From contig JAZRZI010000023.1 of assembly GCA_045601325.1 (NCBI GenBank), positions 1-54,725 on the forward strand: a stretch of DNA of 54,725 nucleotides. Reading direction: 5' to 3'. Within the stretch, counting starts at the first letter, position 1, and every line of letters starts with the position of its first letter. The stretch comes from Bacilli bacterium (GTDB lineage: Bacteria; Bacillota_I; Bacilli_A; RFN20; CAG-826). Under the pieces are notes generated by a model, which did not search any database, had not been told where the DNA came from, and saw nothing but the letters and a program-made list of their open reading frames with translations. Below, piece after piece: positions 51,338-54,725 of this stretch. The position numbers and the translations under genes are program-made.

Positions 51338-54300
51338 TTAAATCACCCCATTATGTTTCTCGATATACCACACCTTGCCATCTAAGAATGTGACATTATA
51401 GTATGGGTAATTATCGTACAAAGTTACCGCTGGTAAAGTATAAACATCGCAATAAACTTCACCTGTTGAAGGATCTTTTAATTGACGATATGCTTCGATA
51501 TGTGTGTGACCTTCAAACACAGTTAAAGGTAAGTTATATTTTCTTAACTCGTTAAACAATTTTGTTTGTGATGTTGAATCGATATCTTGTAACGCAACAT
51601 GGCTCATCCAAACAATACCTTTAATTGAGCTATCCAATTGATTTGCTATTTCATTTTTAAGCCAATCAATGACTGCGTCAGAAATCATAAATTGTGTGCA
51701 AGTAATAATATCATTAGGATCGTCAGAACCAGTTCTAGTGAATAATGCGTCCACTGCGATAAACATGATATCTTCATATTTATAGACGGCTGTGCTACCA
51801 ACACCTTCAACATAAGGAACATAATCCTTAAATAAGCTCTTCACGCTATAAGCAACTTCATGGTTACCTAATAAATTAAATATCAATCTATTGCCCTCGA
51901 TATAGCCTATTTCTTCGTTATTAAATATGTCTAAACCATATTCTTTAAACTTCGCCATTACATCGTAATAGTTATTTAAAGAATCATAACAAGAGTTAAC
52001 AACGTCGCCTAAGCTAATATAGAATCTGCTACCCTGTGTTTCTTCAATGATTTTAGCTAGCTTCTCTATTGATTCAGTGCAATTGAATCCACCATAATCG
52101 TTTAAATCATGATGCAAATCAGAGAAGATGGTGACTGTAAATGAAGCTGACTTTCTATCGTTCATTTCATTTTCATTTAAATATCTATGTGAAACATTGA
52201 ATTCACCATCATGGTTCACTCTAATTAAAGTGCCACCAAGAATAGAAGCATTATAGTAATCATAGGTACCTGTTTTAGTGCCATAGGTATAACGAATTCC
52301 ATCATATAAAATTGAGAAGTTATTAACGTGGTCGTGACCAGCAAATACACCATCGATGTTGATAGACTTAAAGAAAGAAGATAAAGACGTATTAAACAAA
52401 GCTATGTTTTCATTCTTTTGACCAAAGTCACCATCTTGACCAACGATATCTAAATTACAATTGCTACTTTGGTTAGGATATTTAGTTTCAATTGCAGTTT
52501 TAAAATCTAATGAAGGGATATGATAACAGGCAAAGCCTGGAACATTCTCTCCATAGATAGTTTTAATAGAAGAATTAGTTTCATCCATCCAATTAAGTTG
52601 GTCTTGAGCAATACCTGCACCACGAATACAACCGCCACTATCTAACATATAAATAACTCTTTTAATCTTGCCAGTAGAATCGGTAAGTCCAATAGAATAG
52701 TTACCATTACTGGTGAGATTACCTTGTTTAAATAAACAATTCTTTGCGTTTTCTAATTGAGCGCATTGCCAATCAACACCTTTTTTAGTTTCGTTATCAT
52801 GGTTGCCAAATATAGGCGCCCAAGGGATGTTGAATGACTCCATAAAACTAATCATTCTAGTCCAAATTTCACCAGTGTCATCAAATTCACCATAGACAAT
52901 ATCGCCAGTGAAAAGAATTAAATCAGGGTTTTCTTTTTCAATGAGCTCCGCCATATGGTTGAAACAGTTTTTATCAATCTTGCCTCTAGTCCACATTTCT
53001 TTAGCGGAGTTGCCTAATCTATCTGGACTACGCATTTGTGAAGAGTCAATAATTTGTGTATCAGTAAGTTGTAATATCTTCATTTCTCTATCGCTTGGCA
53101 TCTCCAAAACGAAATCAACAAGTTCTGACGCTTGTTTTATAGAAGTTAATTTAAAGTTTAAAGAAGAGGAAGTTTTAGAAGCATTCAAACTATAATTATC
53201 TAACTTATAAGTATTTTCATTAATTTTCATTATGCTTGTAGAACCTACGTATTTATTTCCATTTATTAAAACAGTTTTAATCTCTGAATCACCACTAACT
53301 TGATATTCATGAGTGTTATTATTGTAGCTCAATGTATAAGGTGAACTATAGCCATCAATAGAGCTATCAATTTCAATATCATTAACACCACTAACAAGAG
53401 ATAAAACACTATCTAAATATCCTTTAAGTACGAGTTGTTGTTTGCTACCAGAAGAGTAATCTTTATAAGCACGCTTGATAACTTGATAGACACTTCTAGA
53501 TTCATTGTCCATCTCGTTTCCACCTAATAAGTTATAAACATTACCGTTATCAGTAACTTTGATATAACCAATACCATAGTAATCAGTACAATAATCACTA
53601 GGCGCAATGTTTTGTAACACACCATAGAATTTATAATATCCATCTTCACTAGCAGTAGAACTATTAGAGAAACCATGGTTTACCTTTTTAATGTAATCCA
53701 CTCCATCAACTTTAGAAGAACTATTAACATGTTGAGAGAATGTTGCTAATCCTAATGAAGTTTTAGGAACAATATATGTACCAGTTTCAACATTTCCTTC
53801 TCCGTATGTATCAACAAGATAATCGTAATCTTTCTTATTAATTTTAGTTTCAAATCTCATTTGAGATGGATCGGTCATTCTCACTGATGCACCTCTAGTG
53901 GTTTCAATACCCACTAAAGTGGCCCTAACAGTGATATCACTACACACCAATAAAGTTTCATTGGACTTATAAGTAGTTCCGCCTATTTCAAAGCTAACCA
54001 ATTTAACTGATAGGCTTTCTTTTTCGAATAGTTTTTCATAATGTTCTTGTCCGAGAACAGTCTTATTAGATTTCTTAACATATTGTATTTTTTGTTCACC
54101 ATTGATGATGTGAGTAATCTTATAACTTTCCGCCCAAGATGAGCCAAAGAACGCAAAATGAGTTTCAGGTAATAAAACTGTAATGAAATCAGTTGATTCA
54201 ATAATTAATTCTTTATAAGAATCCATATTAGGAACATAAATCCATAAGAAAGATGAACCAAAGTACATTACTTCAGAATGTTCAATATTTCTAATAGCAA

Positions 54301-54725
54301 CACCATCTAGTTTGATTTTAGTGCCAATCTTTTGGTTTACTAAGTTTGTCAACTTCATCGAACCCTTTGTCTCTTTAGAAACATTGGACAAATTGTCTGT
54401 ATATGATAGCAAAACACCATTCTTTCCGGAATATACATCACTACCAGAGTTATTCCATAAGATAGATGAGAACTCTACTCTACCGGGTTCTTGATAAATA
54501 GCCCATTGATCATTTCTTAAAATGAACTTAATGCCATCTAATAATTTATTTTCAAAAGGTGTGCCGTTAATAACTTCTAGATAAACATCACCTTCTGCCG
54601 CTAAAGCATCTTGATAAGCTTGAGGAATCTTAATTCTTATGTATTTCGTGCCATTCGCGTAGTCCACCAGTGCATTAGGAATTTCACTTAACTTAACTCC
54701 ATTAAGTAAAATACCTTGTCCAGTC
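51338..54725 (-). CDS. Large surface protein with two metallophosphoesterase domains; start lies beyond the window's right edge
   Basis: Frame is open to the window edge (…TGQGILLNGVKLSEIPNALVDY); domain 1 TDTQ/TGD/GNHD/HIP/GHDH; domain 2 SDLH/LGD/GNHE/GHTH. Confidence 0.85.
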   Translation of the reverse strand, partial: TGQGILLNGVKLSEIPNALVDYANGTKYIRIKIPQAYQDALAAEGDVYLEVINGTPFENKLLDGIKFILRNDQWAIYQEPGRVEFSSILWNNSGSDVYSGKNGVLLSYTDNLSNVSKETKGSMKLTNLVNQKIGTKIKLDGVAIRNIEHSEVMYFGSSFLWIYVPNMDSYKELIIESTDFITVLLPETHFAFFGSSWAESYKITHIINGEQKIQYVKKSNKTVLGQEHYEKLFEKESLSVKLVSFEIGGTTYKSNETLLVCSDITVRATLVGIETTRGASVRMTDPSQMRFETKINKKDYDYLVDTYGEGNVETGTYIVPKTSLGLATFSQHVNSSSKVDGVDYIKKVNHGFSNSSTASEDGYYKFYGVLQNIAPSDYCTDYYGIGYIKVTDNGNVYNLLGGNEMDNESRSVYQVIKRAYKDYSSGSKQQLVLKGYLDSVLSLVSGVNDIEIDSSIDGYSSPYTLSYNNNTHEYQVSGDSEIKTVLINGNKYVGSTSIMKINENTYKLDNYSLNASKTSSSLNFKLTSIKQASELVDFVLEMPSDREMKILQLTDTQIIDSSQMRSPDRLGNSAKEMWTRGKIDKNCFNHMAELIEKENPDLILFTGDIVYGEFDDTGEIWTRMISFMESFNIPWAPIFGNHDNETKKGVDWQCAQLENAKNCLFKQGNLTSNGNYSIGLTDSTGKIKRVIYMLDSGGCIRGAGIAQDQLNWMDETNSSIKTIYGENVPGFACYHIPSLDFKTAIETKYPNQSSNCNLDIVGQDGDFGQKNENIALFNTSLSSFFKSINIDGVFAGHDHVNNFSILYDGIRYTYGTKTGTYDYYNASILGGTLIRVNHDGEFNVSHRYLNENEMNDRKSASFTVTIFSDLHHDLNDYGGFNCTESIEKLAKIIEETQGSRFYISLGDVVNSCYDSLNNYYDVMAKFKEYGLDIFNNEEIGYIEGNRLIFNLLGNHEVAYSVKSLFKDYVPYVEGVGSTAVYKYEDIMFIAVDALFTRTGSDDPNDIITCTQFMISDAVIDWLKNEIANQLDSSIKGIVWMSHVALQDIDSTSQTKLFNELRKYNLPLTVFEGHTHIEAYRQLKDPSTGEVYCDVYTLPAVTLYDNYPYYNVTFLDGKVWYIEKHNGVI

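Overview
Low-GC bacterial chromosome segment using genetic code 11 (TGA is the stop in the pcrA/ligA and tsaE/tsaB ATGA overlaps). Gene style (InlB-B-repeat/DUF6273 lipoproteins, Mollicute-like GatA, many apparently leaderless genes) suggests an uncultured gut Bacilli lineage such as RF39/RFN20; this taxonomy is inference only. The window has four zones. (1) 1-10.7 kb: a DUF4160/DUF2442 TA-like pair and a cluster of secreted or lipoprotein surface proteins. (2) ~10.75-22.36 kb: a decayed defence/TA-rich accessory island next to the 3' end of tRNA-Arg(CCT), with Fic, RhuM, three XRE regulators, an interrupted Ntox24-like toxin plus immunity gene, HigBA, an AAA/DUF4143 ATPase, fused MTase/Mrr fragments, and IS3 and IS66 relics. 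Three direct copies of an unannotated ~110-150 bp non-coding element punctuate it. (3) 22.4-42.3 kb: housekeeping genes (galE, gatCAB, ligA, pcrA, asnS, tsaE-tsaB-rimI-tsaD, TPP riboswitch-thiT, ung). (4) 42.3-54.7 kb: a polysaccharide locus and further surface proteins. The best novelty candidates are the triplicated non-coding element and a hairpin direct repeat that precisely flanks one surface-protein gene. All family calls come from motif recognition by eye; no searches were run.
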